Source of the DNA: Bugula neritina
Lineage: Eukaryota > Animalia > Bryozoa
Direction of reading: 5' to 3'
Assembly (NCBI GenBank): GCA_964035545.1
Contig: OZ037771.1
Location: forward strand, 11,722,480-11,786,479
Length of the DNA: 64,000 bases
In this document: one piece after another, positions 1-12,450 of the stretch
Layout: each line of letters begins with the position of its first letter
How positions within the stretch are numbered: the first letter of the stretch is position 1
The notes under the pieces: generated by a model
The model's database searches: none
Told to the model about the DNA's origin: nothing
Seen by the model: only the letters and a program-made list of their open reading frames with translations
Made by a program: the position numbers and the translations under genes

Positions 1-300
1 TATATGTGGTAGCTTGGTTTGTGTAAATCTGAATTTTATTTCTACCTATAATTGATGTTTGCCAGCAACGCTTAACTGACAGCTTGTGAGTATCCAGAAC
101 TTTCCATACCTTCCAGAACTTTTTACACTCTTTCCCGGAGGTCTTGGAACTTGACCCAATTAGGATCAAGATCAAGATATGGGTGAATATTATACTTTGT
201 TGTCATTCCAGGTAGCTGCTTCTCAGATAAAAGCTTATAAGCTAAATCTTTTACATTTAGATGCTTCTCTTTTGGCTACTTATTAATTTTGGTACAATCT

Positions 301-457
301 GTGTATTTTATGACACCAAAACAAAAAAGTATAGGTTTCATTCCAAAACTTAAAACCAGACCAAACCTAAAACTCTATAGAGTCTTAGGTTTGGTCTGGT
401 TTTAAGTTCTGGAATGAAACCTATACTTTCTTGTTTTGGTGTCATTCAAATATACAC
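301..457. repeat. Near-perfect ~157 bp palindrome (no loop)
   Basis: Arms 301-377 and 378-457 are reverse complements with a few mismatches around the centre ACTCTA|TAGAGT (372-383). Confidence 0.9.
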
Positions 458-856
458 TTAAAAATTTTAACAATGTGGCCATTTGTAGACAGTCCTACAT
501 TTGCGTAGAATATAAATAGCTAAAAAGATTTTACTAAAAGTCGTCATTAGAAGTTAAACGAAATCCCATGATTGCTTTTTTCAAGCTGTGCAAAAGTGTT
601 ATAGCAGCTGTTAGGATGAGAGTACACTAAACGCCTGCTGATACTACTTCTGCTACGTACTCTGAATTATCAACAGGAGCCATCATAAATATTTAAAAAC
701 AAATAATAATTATATTATGAGCTTCTAATCTCAGTTCACATATTAGCTGTCTGTTGTATAAAAGCTACAAAGGTTTGCATTCTATTACAATGTAGACTTG
801 TTCTCTCACACGATGTATGTATGACGTTCCGGTCTTCTGGCAACTTGCTTTTTAAC

Positions 857-900
857 AACATTACAGGATGGTTATGCATGCATAACCATCCTGTAATGTT
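857..900. repeat. Perfect 44 bp palindrome
   Basis: AACATTACAGGATGGTTATGCA|TGCATAACCATCCTGTAATGTT. Confidence 0.95.
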
Positions 901-1650
901 TATTTTAAAGACTGCAGTCTTCAAAAAATAAATCTACTAAGTTTATCATTATATATTTCAACTATGAAAACTAAATAAATTTATCTACATTATATAAATC
1001 ATTATAAAGTCTAAAAAAGCTAGTTGGTGCTAATAAAATTAAAATGCAACATTATGTCGTGATTATGAGTATCGCTCAGTGCATGACAAGTAAAGCTGAG
1101 TTAGCATCATTCATTTGAAATTTTCTAGAATTTACAACAGCTTAGTCTAATGCTTTTAGTCTTTAATAAATCAAAAATTGTGCAATCTATTTTAGCCAAT
1201 CAACTTTCAAGCTGTTGTACTAATAAGTTTATAGGTCATAATTGTAGTGGTTCTCGGATAACTTATTCATAAGGTTTAGGGGGTGCTTTCTGTAATTGCT
1301 AAAAAGTAGCCAATATGCAAGAAATTGTAAGAAATAGCTATAAAATAGCTTTTAGTAAAAGTACTTGAAGAAGGATTGACCAATTAAATGCCCTCTTTGG
1401 TAGCTGGTCCAGCCCATCCCTCCCACATATATAAAGTCTCTGATCTACTGGAGCTCACCATTCAAGCACAGATCTTCAAACTGAGAGAAGCTGAATAGAA
1501 GAATTAGTACAGAGCAAGAGTAGCAGAGACACTCCCCTATCTGGAAACTGGTTGGGTATTGAAGATGTGACACCTGGTGCATGGCTGGTTCAGCTGAACT
1601 AAATATTGCATAGAACATGTTTATTGTTTATCTGATAACATGAATAAACC

Positions 1651-1868
1651 GTAACATGTTCTACACAATCTTTAGGACCTACTCTCGTAACATGTTCTAC
1701 ACAATCTTTAGGACCTACTCTCGTAACATGTTCTACACAATCTTTAAGACCTACTCTCGTAACATGTTCTACACAATCTTTAGGACCTACTCTCGTAACA
1801 TGTTCTACACAATCTTTAGGACCTACTCTCGTAACATGTTCTACACAATCTTTAGGACCTACTCTCGT
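1651..1868. repeat. 36 bp minisatellite, 6 copies
   Basis: Unit GTAACATGTTCTACACAATCTTTAGGACCTACTCTC head-to-tail, one substitution in copy 3, no spacers. It explains the repetitive ORFs 1599-1880 and 1656-1922. Confidence 0.95.
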
Positions 1869-4800
1869 CCAAAGCAGCAAAGATGTTTATTTTTATTTGA
1901 TTGGTCAACAAAAGATGATTAGTAATTTTAGTTTTATATAGAATTTTTGAAAGTTTTCTGATAAGACATAGAAATTGTCAAGGTTTCTATATAAACTATA
2001 TTACACTGCACTACTTCAATCAGCTGTGAAGACATTATAATTCTAGCTATAATTCACTGAATTTGATGCTTTTTTTAAGGATTATATAAATATGTCCTTG
2101 GTAATTTAACACTCTATTTTATCTGATATTTTTATATTATAAATAAATGCGTAAATTATACTGTATATACTGCTAGCATAAAATGAGTTTCCTGTTTATT
2201 CTTAAAATACCCTGTTGCCTTACACTATATTCAACAGCTTTTAACTACTAAATCTTAGCAAAAGACTTAGAAACCTCTGTAAAGATATCAGAGTTAGTAA
2301 TAGAACCCTATTAATCTTTCAGATGATTATGTAGAGATTAAAGGTTTTCTATACTAACTCTATATTGGCAAAAGCAACGGTTCTCAAAGAATTATTGAAA
2401 ACAATTTTACTTTTGTAAATATACGTCTTTATTGTCTTTTTTTACAACTTGTTACATTGTGTCAGTTATTTGTAAAAAAATATAAAAAACTATATTTTTG
2501 ATATTACTTCCCCACCATAATTTAAACTGCATTACTCTGCCACACAGTAGAACCTTGCAAAAGCTGGTCTTTCCAAACTGCATGCATTACAATAAGTTGA
2601 TGAAACAAGATAAACCTTATCTTGTTGTACAATTGCTGCTTGTCTGTAAAACGTAGCTGCAATAGAATAGTAGTCCTTCCTTTCTCTAAACTTCCCGTTA
2701 GGTTATAAAACAGCCTTTCTCTACTGCACCTCTTTGATATTCCAAATTTATTAAACAAATTTCAATAATCAACGTGTTGCACTTTTCAAAGCTTATAACT
2801 TAAATTACTTGTCAACACTTTGCGCCTATTATAGGAAAAATTTGAAGAATGACATTGAAAAATGCACTAGCTAATGATGCATCTTGCACTAAATTCTGTC
2901 AAATTATTTATGCAAATAATATTTTGGAAAATACATGAACATTTACCAAGGCAAAATGTGCATTGTTGAAGAACTATTTTAATATTTAAGCCCACTTGTA
3001 AGTCAATAAGCTCAATTTTATAATTATAAGTTGTTTTGAGGCTCTATGTTTTGCAGAAAATTGAATCTACACCAACCCAGTAAAAATTTACAAAACTCTC
3101 TCAATTAGTATCCTGAAAACCGATGAGCTTAAACGTATACCGGTTATAGTTGCTGGAAACCTACAACATAAATCTATCCTAAAATCTAGTAGTTAATTTG
3201 CCTATAAGTAGCAAATGCTTAATAACAGTGACATAGCGTAGTACCTTTAGAATCTAGATGTCACCAACTCTTACAATGTAAACTGGATAAGTCTTTAACA
3301 AACTTACAGCTTTTTAATTTTAAAAATCCATGAATTATATTCTTGCACAGAAAACCTCCTCAAAACTATTTGAAGCCTAATCAAGCCACCTTAAAAGTAC
3401 AACAAAAATATAGCTTGCTTAATTAAAACTTTGTAACTAGCCTTGTATTATCTATGCTAACATTAAAAAGCACAGTCCTTCAGGTTAGCTTGCAAAACTA
3501 GGTTCTATAAGCATTTATCTACGTCATAATAATATGCAGCACATTTTACAAAACACATTTAGGGTTGTCTCACTATCTAAAAACTGAGGATAGAATGATA
3601 TTATAGTCAAATATTCTCATGCAATGACATGACCATAAATAAACAAGTTTGAATTTCTTATAAGCAAGCTTCAAGTTAATTTTATTTGCAAACTATAAAG
3701 TGGACACCAAAATGTTTGTAACTGGAAGATTGTCAAGTCAGACTTTGGTTATTGTACCCCTAATTACAGCATTACTAAATACCCCTTTACCCTACCTTTT
3801 AGCTGAGAACTGACTGTGTGTCCATTGTTACAGTGTACCTAATTTTAGTGCTGGCATTTCATTTTTGCTTGTGTTGGTTCTCTGCTTTTCTCACTCCTGC
3901 TGTTTTCTTGAGAGTAAAAGCAAATGTTCCTTTCTCCAAAGCTCACTGCTACATAATGAAAGGTTGTAACAAATAGCCCAGACCTACTCTGTACCATAAC
4001 TCTGAGAGATTATACAGTAGCCTTGGTGTAATGAGGTGCCTCTGAAATGTTATAATAAATAGCCCGGTGTTTTAGTTTAAAGAAACACGAGAAAGCTATA
4101 ATAATACCACATCCGTTCATTCAAACACTGCCTGTGCAGATGTGTCCACTGAGATCAGTCCTGAAACATCAAATTATAATATTTATAGAGAATTCACAGC
4201 TGATTTCATTGCTTTATTTTTGATTTTCTTTTTAAATGATTCTGGGAAAGTATTATTATTGCCATTACTTTGAATAACACTCAGTAATTCAGGATACTAA
4301 CAAATCTAGTAAAATAACTAAATAAACACCCAAACAAATGAAATATTATATAGAGGCGATACAATACAATGTAATGTACAGCTAATTGGTCTAAACTCTA
4401 AAGCAAAATTTTAAAATATATTTTTAATTTATTTTATAATGACATATTAGTCTAAATGGAGTCTTTTAATAAATTAAGTGGTAATCATTTTTACGGTATA
4501 GACTTACACTGATTGTATTTTATTTGATCAAAAAAGTAAGGAGTTTTTACATGAATTTAGTAATTGCGAAATGAATTAAATAGCTTAACGCTAAATGTTA
4601 GCAAAATTCCAAATTGCAGTAACTCAAAAATTTATGCAAGGGATTGTGTTGGAAAAGCCAGTTTTATCTATTAATCATATTTAGAGCTGAATATAGTAAT
4701 TTTGTTTTTATAACTTAGGTATTTTTGTAGTATATGGTGTAATTCAAATGACAATTTGTTTCAGTTAAGCACCATTAGATGTTATTTATTTTATTGAAAT

Positions 4801-6834
4801 GCTGAAGACAGTTTTAGTTATTCTCAATCAGTCCAATCAGAAATTCTTTTTTCAAAATGCAGTCAAAACACTGTCAATGAAGTGCATTCTATTTTTAACG
4901 CAAAATAATATTAGCTCAGTGGCTTAGCAAACAGTTTGAACCATATAACAAATCCCATTATATATTTTTCTGTTAGCTACTAAACTGCCATGTGAAAACA
5001 ATAATCACTTATATAAGGTCAACTGTAGATGTGACATGTTAACAATTTTTAACTTTTGTCAAAAATAATGTTCACCAATACTGATAATAAATATGACTTT
5101 AAAACTCTTAAGCATTATAATCATTTGGGGTACCATGCATATTTCATAAAGCACAGAATGGTTGCATCACCACTTTTCTCTGGGTCCTGTGTTTCTAAGT
5201 ACAACATGTAATGTTTGTTTAAAAATGAAAGTAGGGATGAAGTTTGCTAAGCTTTACATAACCAGGTTCCCATAAGTAATAATTAGATTGGGTACAAACT
5301 GAAAGTTTGTGTACTTTGTAATTTCACTATCCTATAATTAAAGGTTTCCTTAAAACTGTTTCTCTTGCCATGCATGTCTGTCAGACAGGTTTTAGCTAGA
5401 AATCAAACATTAGACTTTTATCGCCCAAAACTAGCTCAGCTGGCTCTCTGGTCACAAGGTAAATTATAGTTATAAGTTCTACAGGTAATCCTTTAAATAG
5501 GGGGCTTTTAATAAAGGTAAACTATTTGCAAACAGTTATTAACAAAGAAAGAAGTGAAAATGGCTGAAGAATTTTACGAGTAAAGACTACCACTAAATAT
5601 TTGAGAAAGTATTATACTAGGCTAACTAATTTCTTCTGCCACAGACCCTTGAACTCAACCTAGCTGCTCTCAAGTTACTGTAATATGAAATAAAAAATTA
5701 AATATAACTCTCCTACATAAAATCATTTAAAATTCTATATATTAACCAATATAGATATGACAAGCTTATCTCCAGGCAGCTAATTATAGCATAGCTCTAA
5801 CTAAAGACAAATTACATCAAATTCATTTCTATATGATGAGGTTTTGTAGGATTTTTACTAATAGAATTACAAAACTAAAAAATAGGAAAATAGATGAAGT
5901 AAAATTTGATTTAATCATCGTAGAGATCTTTACTGTTTTCAATTCTAAAACAAATAATTTATAATTTAACTAAATGCATTAATTCATAAAGTCCCTCTTA
6001 TAAAACTACTTAGGTACTCATGGTGTGATATGAATCATGTTGCCATTCTATACACTGAACAAACAACTACAGTCAAAACTAGTTTAAAATTCATGAAAAT
6101 TATTTGTTTTAAGCGTGTAACAATGGACAGCATGAGATAATTTTAATAAAACTGTGTCCTTTTTAGCACAAACACAATCAAAAGATGTGTAGTAGAGAAA
6201 TTTGTGAAAGCTAACGCTGCTTATGATCTTGCTATACCAGATAAAACCTTAGTAATATTTGTTTTTGATAATTGAATAATTGAAATCTGTGTAAATGTTA
6301 GTAGATTATAATATTTTATAGAATATAACTTTTGAAAATGTACTCACTGACTATCTTTGAATAATTATATTTATAAACCTGATGCTAAAATTATAATTGA
6401 AACCTGTGTATTTGAACTACAAAATCAGCATATAATGTAAAAAATATATCTTGAAACTAAAGTTATTTGATGTTTTGCTTTTTATTTATTACTACTCTAT
6501 TATCGTTAGGAGAAAATATACATATTAGCAGCAAGAGTTTACTTGAGAAAAATAAGGAGGCTCATAGTATGCTAAATTAATTTACCTGGCCCTATTTCTA
6601 GATTGTATCATATAATGAAAGAACTGGTAACGGAAGCATGGAAAACTATTATTAGTTAGTAAAGCAGCAGTAGCTGTCATAAACACTTTAGGCAGTCAAA
6701 AGCAAATATATTATTAAAGCTTTTGTCTTCATCAGCTTTCATGTTATAAGTTATCCCTATCCAGTTTCATTTTCTAAGAAGTGCTCACGTAGTTTTCAAG
6801 GACAAAACTCACATTTGACCTAAAAGAAATAAAA

Positions 6835-6975
6835 CCAATGGATTGCTTTTGCAGAGGAGTCAACTGGGCGTGAACATTCTATCTGGTGGTTCAGCGTCCA
6901 ATCACAAGTCATCTGAGTGGTTGCCCTTTTCCCAGACCAATATAAAGAGCTGCACTTCCAGGGAATCTCAGTGTC
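6835..6975 (+). promoter_or_regulatory. Pol II core promoter, unit 1 (CCAAT boxes, TATA, TCAGT initiator)
   Basis: CCAAT at ~6836, ~6898 and ~6937; TATAAAG at 6941; TCAGT at 6968-6972, with the A 29 nt after the TATA T. This is canonical spacing and is conserved in all three units. Confidence 0.7.
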
Positions 6976-9900
6976 GACCAAGCACCAACAACACCAGAAG
7001 AAGACCTGGAGATGAAACACTTGGACTCTTAATTACTTTGACACATAAAGCAAATCTCAACTGGTTGGGTTTGCAGAAGAATGAAAGATACCGGTAAAGA
7101 ACTATACAAGAACTGCTAAAGAAGAGTTGAACAAGAAATGAAATATACGTTTCAAATCTTAGTCAGGTAATCAACATCACTAACTACTTTCTCTTTATTA
7201 TATCTGCTTCAGAATTTGGTCTTGCTAGCTTCAAACACTCCTATATTTAAACTGGCACATAAATAACTTTACACCATTATTCTAGTTAACATAGAAGAAC
7301 TTCAATCTCTTCTGATAGTAAGGGTTGGGGTAGTTCTATACTAACTGTATTCTGTATATTCTCCAATAGTTTATCTTATCTGCAAACAGAAAACTCATTG
7401 AAAATATTTTAGCTGACAGAAATTATTTTGCATTTTTGCTAACATACAAAGTGTAAGGTGCTCTCTACACCAGCTTCATATTGCTTCATCATAGAACACA
7501 ACTCTACTCTAGTGACAACAACAATATTTTAGTTAACATAAAATAACGTTAGTTTTGTATGATATAATGCATGGAGTTGGGGTGGTTCTATATTAACTGT
7601 ATATTTTACATTCTCCAATATTTTATGTTCATATCTACAAACAGAAAACTCATTGAAAATATTTTAGCTGGCATAGAAATCATCTTACATTTTTTGCTAA
7701 CATACAAAGTGTAAGGTGCTTTCTATACCAGCTCTGTATTCCTTCTTTCATCTGGAACACAACTCTATATTTTAGTGACAACAACAATATTCTAGTTAGC
7801 ATAGAACAACTTTAATCTTGTCTGACAGAAAGTACAAGGTGAGGGTTGTTCTGTACTAACTGTATATTTTGTATTCTCCATCTATATATTCCTTCACCAG
7901 GGAACAGAACTCCAATTTCTAGTTAGAGCAATAGTCTTCTAGTTAACATAGACTTGATCGTGTCTGTCATAAGTCTTTCCAAATAGTTGTGTTAATAATC
8001 TTTTTTTTTTAATTTCAATAGAACTTCATGACTTTCATATCTTCAAAGATCTACTAACAGGAGTAAATTTAAAATATTTTAGCTGGCATAGAAGTCATTT
8101 AACATTTTTTTGCTAACATACAAAAGTGTAAGATGATTTCTATACCAGCTTTATGTTTCTTTGTCAAGGAACACAACTCTATACTCTAGTATCAACAGTA
8201 TATTCTAGTTAAAATAGAACAACTTTAATTCCATATAATATAATGCATGGAGTTGGAGTGATTCTGTACTAATTGTATATTTTGTATCCTCAGTATGACA
8301 GAGCACTGGGTTGGAGTGGTTCTGTAATAACTGTACGTTTTACGTCTACAATTATCACAGCCTATACAAGTATGGCTTTATGAAATATTTTTAATGTCAA
8401 TAGCTTTGAAGACTTTCCAATCTCAATCTTTAAAAATCTACCAACAGAAATCCAATTAAGCTATTTTAGCTGGCATAGAAATAGCTTTGCATTTTTTGTT
8501 GATATACAAAGTGTAAAGTGCTTTCCATACAAGGTTTATGTTCCTTTGTCAGGGAACAGAACTCTACTCTAGTGAGAAACAATATTCTGGTTAGCATAGA
8601 CTTACTTTTACCATGTCTTGTATAATGCACAAGGTGAGAGTTGTTCTATACTAACTGTATCTTATATCCTCAGTTTGATAGAAAGCTCTGAGTTTGGGTA
8701 GTTCTATACTAACTGCATATTTGATGTTTACAATTATCCCAGTCTACCAATATTACTTTATAAAACATTTTCAACTTCTAGTGATATAAGCAACAATATA
8801 CTCTATTCAACATAGAACAACTTCAATTTCATATGGTATAATGCATGGAGTTTGAATAGTTTTAAAGTAAATGTATATATTTTATGACAGAAGCAATATT
8901 CCAGTTACCATAGAACAACTTTTATCCAGTCTGATATATGGCACTGGGTTGGGGTAGTTCTATTGTAACTGTATATTTATTTTATGTCTTCCATTGTCAA
9001 AGCTAATCAATATTGTTTCACCAATTTTTGTTCAAATTTACTAAATATTTTGTACCTTCATATCCTGAAAGGTTCTGCAAACAGAAAGTGATAATTAAAA
9101 CATTTTAGCTGGCATAGAAATCATTTTATACTTTTTGCTAGCATACAAAGTGTAAGGTGCTTTCTATACCAGCTTTCATTTCCTTCATCAGGAAACATAA
9201 CTCTGTATTCTAGTGACAGCAACAATATTCTAGTTAGCATAGAATAACTTTAATCTTGTCTGACAGAAAGTTCAAGGTGAGGGTTGTTCTATACTAACTG
9301 TATATTTTGTATTCTCCATCTATATATTCCTCCATCACGGAACACAACTCCAATTTTTAATTAGAGCAACAGTCTTCTAGTTAACATAGACTTGATCTTG
9401 TCTGTCATAAGTCTTTCCAAATAGTTGTTAATAATTATTATTTTTAATTTCAATAGAACCTCATGACTTACATATCTTCAAAGATCTACCAACAGGAGTA
9501 AATTTGAAATATTTTTAATGTTAATAGCTTTGGAGACTTTCCAATCTCAATCTTTAAAAATCTACCAACAGAAATCCAATTAAACTATTTTAGCTGGCAT
9601 AGAAATCATTTTACATTTTTTGTTATCATATGAAGTGTAAGGTGCTTTCTGTACCAGCTTTTTATTCCTTCATCAGGGAACACAACTCTATACTCCAGTC
9701 ACAACAATATTCTAGTTAACATAGAATAACTTTAATCTTGTCTGATTAAAAGCACAAGGTGAGGGTTAGTCTATACTAACTGTATATTTTTTATTCTCCA
9801 TTTTAAAAATCTCTCAATGTAATTGGTTGTATGACAAGAGAAATTATACAGATGCTGTCTTGGTCATCATCAAAATTAGTAAGAAATCTACAAATAGCAT

Positions 9901-10150
9901 AGTTTTGAATCTAATTCCATATAATATAATACATGGAAGTTGGATCAATCTTGACTATAGCTGTATATTTTATCTAGATCTGCACTTAACAAAGCCTGCC
10001 AATATGTTTTAATTTTTAGTAAACATTGTGATTTTCGATTAGTCAAATATTCTGTGGACTCATTGATCATATTTAGCAGGCATAGAAGCCATTATAAATT
10101 TCCATATGATATAATGCATGTAGTTGGGGTGGTTCTATACTAACTGTATA
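6970..10150 (+). ncRNA. Candidate pri-miRNA host, unit 1: non-coding exon 6970-7166 then ~17 pre-miRNA-like hairpins
   Basis: Donor CAG|GTAATC at 7166. Family A hairpins, e.g. 9107-9174 (AGCTGGCATAGAAATCATTTTATACTTT...AAAGTGTAAGGTGCTTTCTATACCAGCT). Family B hairpins, e.g. 7793-7862 (TAGTTAGCATAGAACAACTTTAATCTTGT...ACAAGGTGAGGGTTGTTCTGTACTAACTG). Many stem mismatches are G:U on +. Confidence 0.65.
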
Positions 10151-10222
10151 TATTTTATATTCTCCAATATTTCATGTTCATATCTACAAACAGAAAACTC
10201 ATTGAAAATATTTTAGCTGGCA

Positions 10223-10356
10223 TCCTTCAGCTATTCCATATTTATGTTTGTGAGTTTCGAAAAGGTTTATAAGAGCTGCAACATATCTAGTGTGAAGTTC
10301 ATTGATCTCTTCAGATGTTGGGGTATCGTTCTGGTCTACTTCTATTGGTGAACCAA
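10223..10356 (-). pseudogene. Duplicated, truncated MOGAT last exon (dead copy)
   Basis: Translates (V)GSPIEVDQNDTPTSEEINELHTRYVAALINLFETHKHKYGIAEG, then is fused to array sequence. The acceptor AG is mutated to AC (10357-10358). Confidence 0.85.
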
Positions 10357-12310
10357 GTAAAAACAAGAGCTGAAAGGTTTATATTGTATTACCCATCACT
10401 TTCAAAAACACTGTGATAACATTAAGATGTAAATACCAATCTACTCTCCAGTCTTCATTATTGTATGTTTCGCAGTATATTACAAGCAGTCTCATGGCTA
10501 CATAATGAAAGGTTGTCACAAAAAGCTCAGACCTACTCTGTACCATGGTGCTAAAGGATTATACAATAGCCTTGGTGTAATAAGGTGCCACTGAAATATT
10601 ATAATAAATAGCCAAGTGTTTTAGTTTAATGAAACAAAAAAAAATAATAATACCATATCTGTTCATCCTAACACTGCCTGGGCAAATGTGTCCACTAAGA
10701 TCAGTCCTGAAACACTAAATTGTAGAAAGTTCACTGCTGATCTTTTTGCTCTATTTCTGATTTTATTTTTAAATGATTCTGGGAAAGTATTATTATTGCC
10801 ATTACATTGAATAACACTCAGTAATTCTGAATACTAACAATTCTAGTAAAAAAACTAAATAAACACCCAAACAGATGAAATATTATATAGATATGATACA
10901 ATACAATGTAATGTACAGCTAATTAGTCTAAACTCTAAAGCAAAATTTTAAAATATCTTTTAAATTTATTTTATGATGACATATTAGTTCAAATGGAGTG
11001 TTTTAATAAATTAAGTTGTTATCATTTTACGGTATGGACTTATACTGATTGTATTTTATTTGATCGAAAAAAGTGAGGAGTTTTTACATGAATATAGTAA
11101 TTGCGAAATGAATTAAATAGCTTAGCGCTAAATGTTAGCAAAATTGCAAATTGCAGTGACTCAATAATTTATGCAAGGGATTGTGTTGGAAAAGCCAGTT
11201 TTATCTATTAATCCTATTTTATAGCTGAATATAGTTATTTTGTTTTTATAACTTAGGTATTTTTGCAGAACGTGGTGTAATTTAAATGGCAATTTGTTTT
11301 AGTTAAGCACTATTAGATGTTATTTATTTAATTAAAATTCTAAATTCTAAAACAAATATCTTATAAAACTAAAAGCATTAATTCATAAAGTCCTTCTTAT
11401 AAAAATACTTAGATACTCATGCTGTTATATGAATCATGTTGCCATTCTATACACTGAACAAACAACAACTAAAGTTAAAATTAGTTGAAAATTCAAAAAA
11501 TTATTTGTTTTAAGCGTGTAAAAATTGACAGCATGAGAGAATTTTAATTAATACTGTGTCTTTTTTAACGGAAACACAATTAAAAGATGTGTAGTAAAGA
11601 AATTTTAACTAACTATTTGTGAAAGCTAACGCTGCTTATGATCTTGCTATACCAGATAAAACATTGGTATTATTTGTTTTTGATAATTGAATAATTGAAA
11701 TCTGTGTAACTGTTAGTAGATTATAATATTTTATAGAATATCACTTTTAAAAATGTACTCACTGACTATTTTTGAATGATTATATTTATAAACCTGATGC
11801 TAAAATTATAATTGAAACCTGTGTACTTGAACTACAAAACCAGCATATAATGTAGAAAATAGAACTTGAAACTGAGGCTGTGAGATGTTTTGCTTTTTAT
11901 ATATTACTACTCTATTATCGTTAGGAGGAAATATACATATTAGCAGCAAGAGTTTACTTGAGAAAAATAAGGAGGCTCATAGTATGCTAAATTAATTTAC
12001 CTGGCCCATATTGTAAACTGTGTGTCACTATGTAGCAAATTTGTGAGAAATGCTACTGAGAAGTTCCTAGGGTTACTTGAGCTCTTATTTCTGGACTGAA
12101 TAATATAATGAAAGAACTGGTAAAGGAAGCATGGAAAACTATTATTAGTTAGTAAAGCAGCAGTAGCTGTCAAAGCGAAAGCAAATATATTATTAAAGCT
12201 TTTGTTTTTATCAGCTTTCATGTTAGTTATCCCTATCCAGTTTCATTTTCTAAGAAGTGCTGATGTTGTTTGCAAGGACAAAACTCACATTTGACCTAAA
12301 AAAAATAAAA

Positions 12311-12450
12311 CCAATGGATTGCTTTTGTAGAGGAGTCAACTGGGCGTGAACATTATATTTGGTGGTTCAGCGTCCAATCACAAGTCACCTGAGTGGTTGC
12401 CCTTTTCCCAGACCAATATAAAGAGCTGCACTTCCAGGGAATCTCAGTGT
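12311..12450 (+). promoter_or_regulatory. Pol II core promoter, unit 2
   Basis: TATAAAG at 12417, TCAGT at 12444-12448, upstream CCAAT boxes; paralogous to unit 1. Confidence 0.7.

Noticed and set aside
1651-1868. CRISPR array (36 bp repeats)
   Set aside because: The repeats are contiguous with no spacers, there are no cas genes, and the context is eukaryotic.
6843-7097. Triplicated small protein gene (ORFs 6843-7097, 12346-12570, 20486-20737)
   Set aside because: They have non-ATG starts upstream of the TATA box and no recognisable domain; the similarity is explained by DNA duplication.
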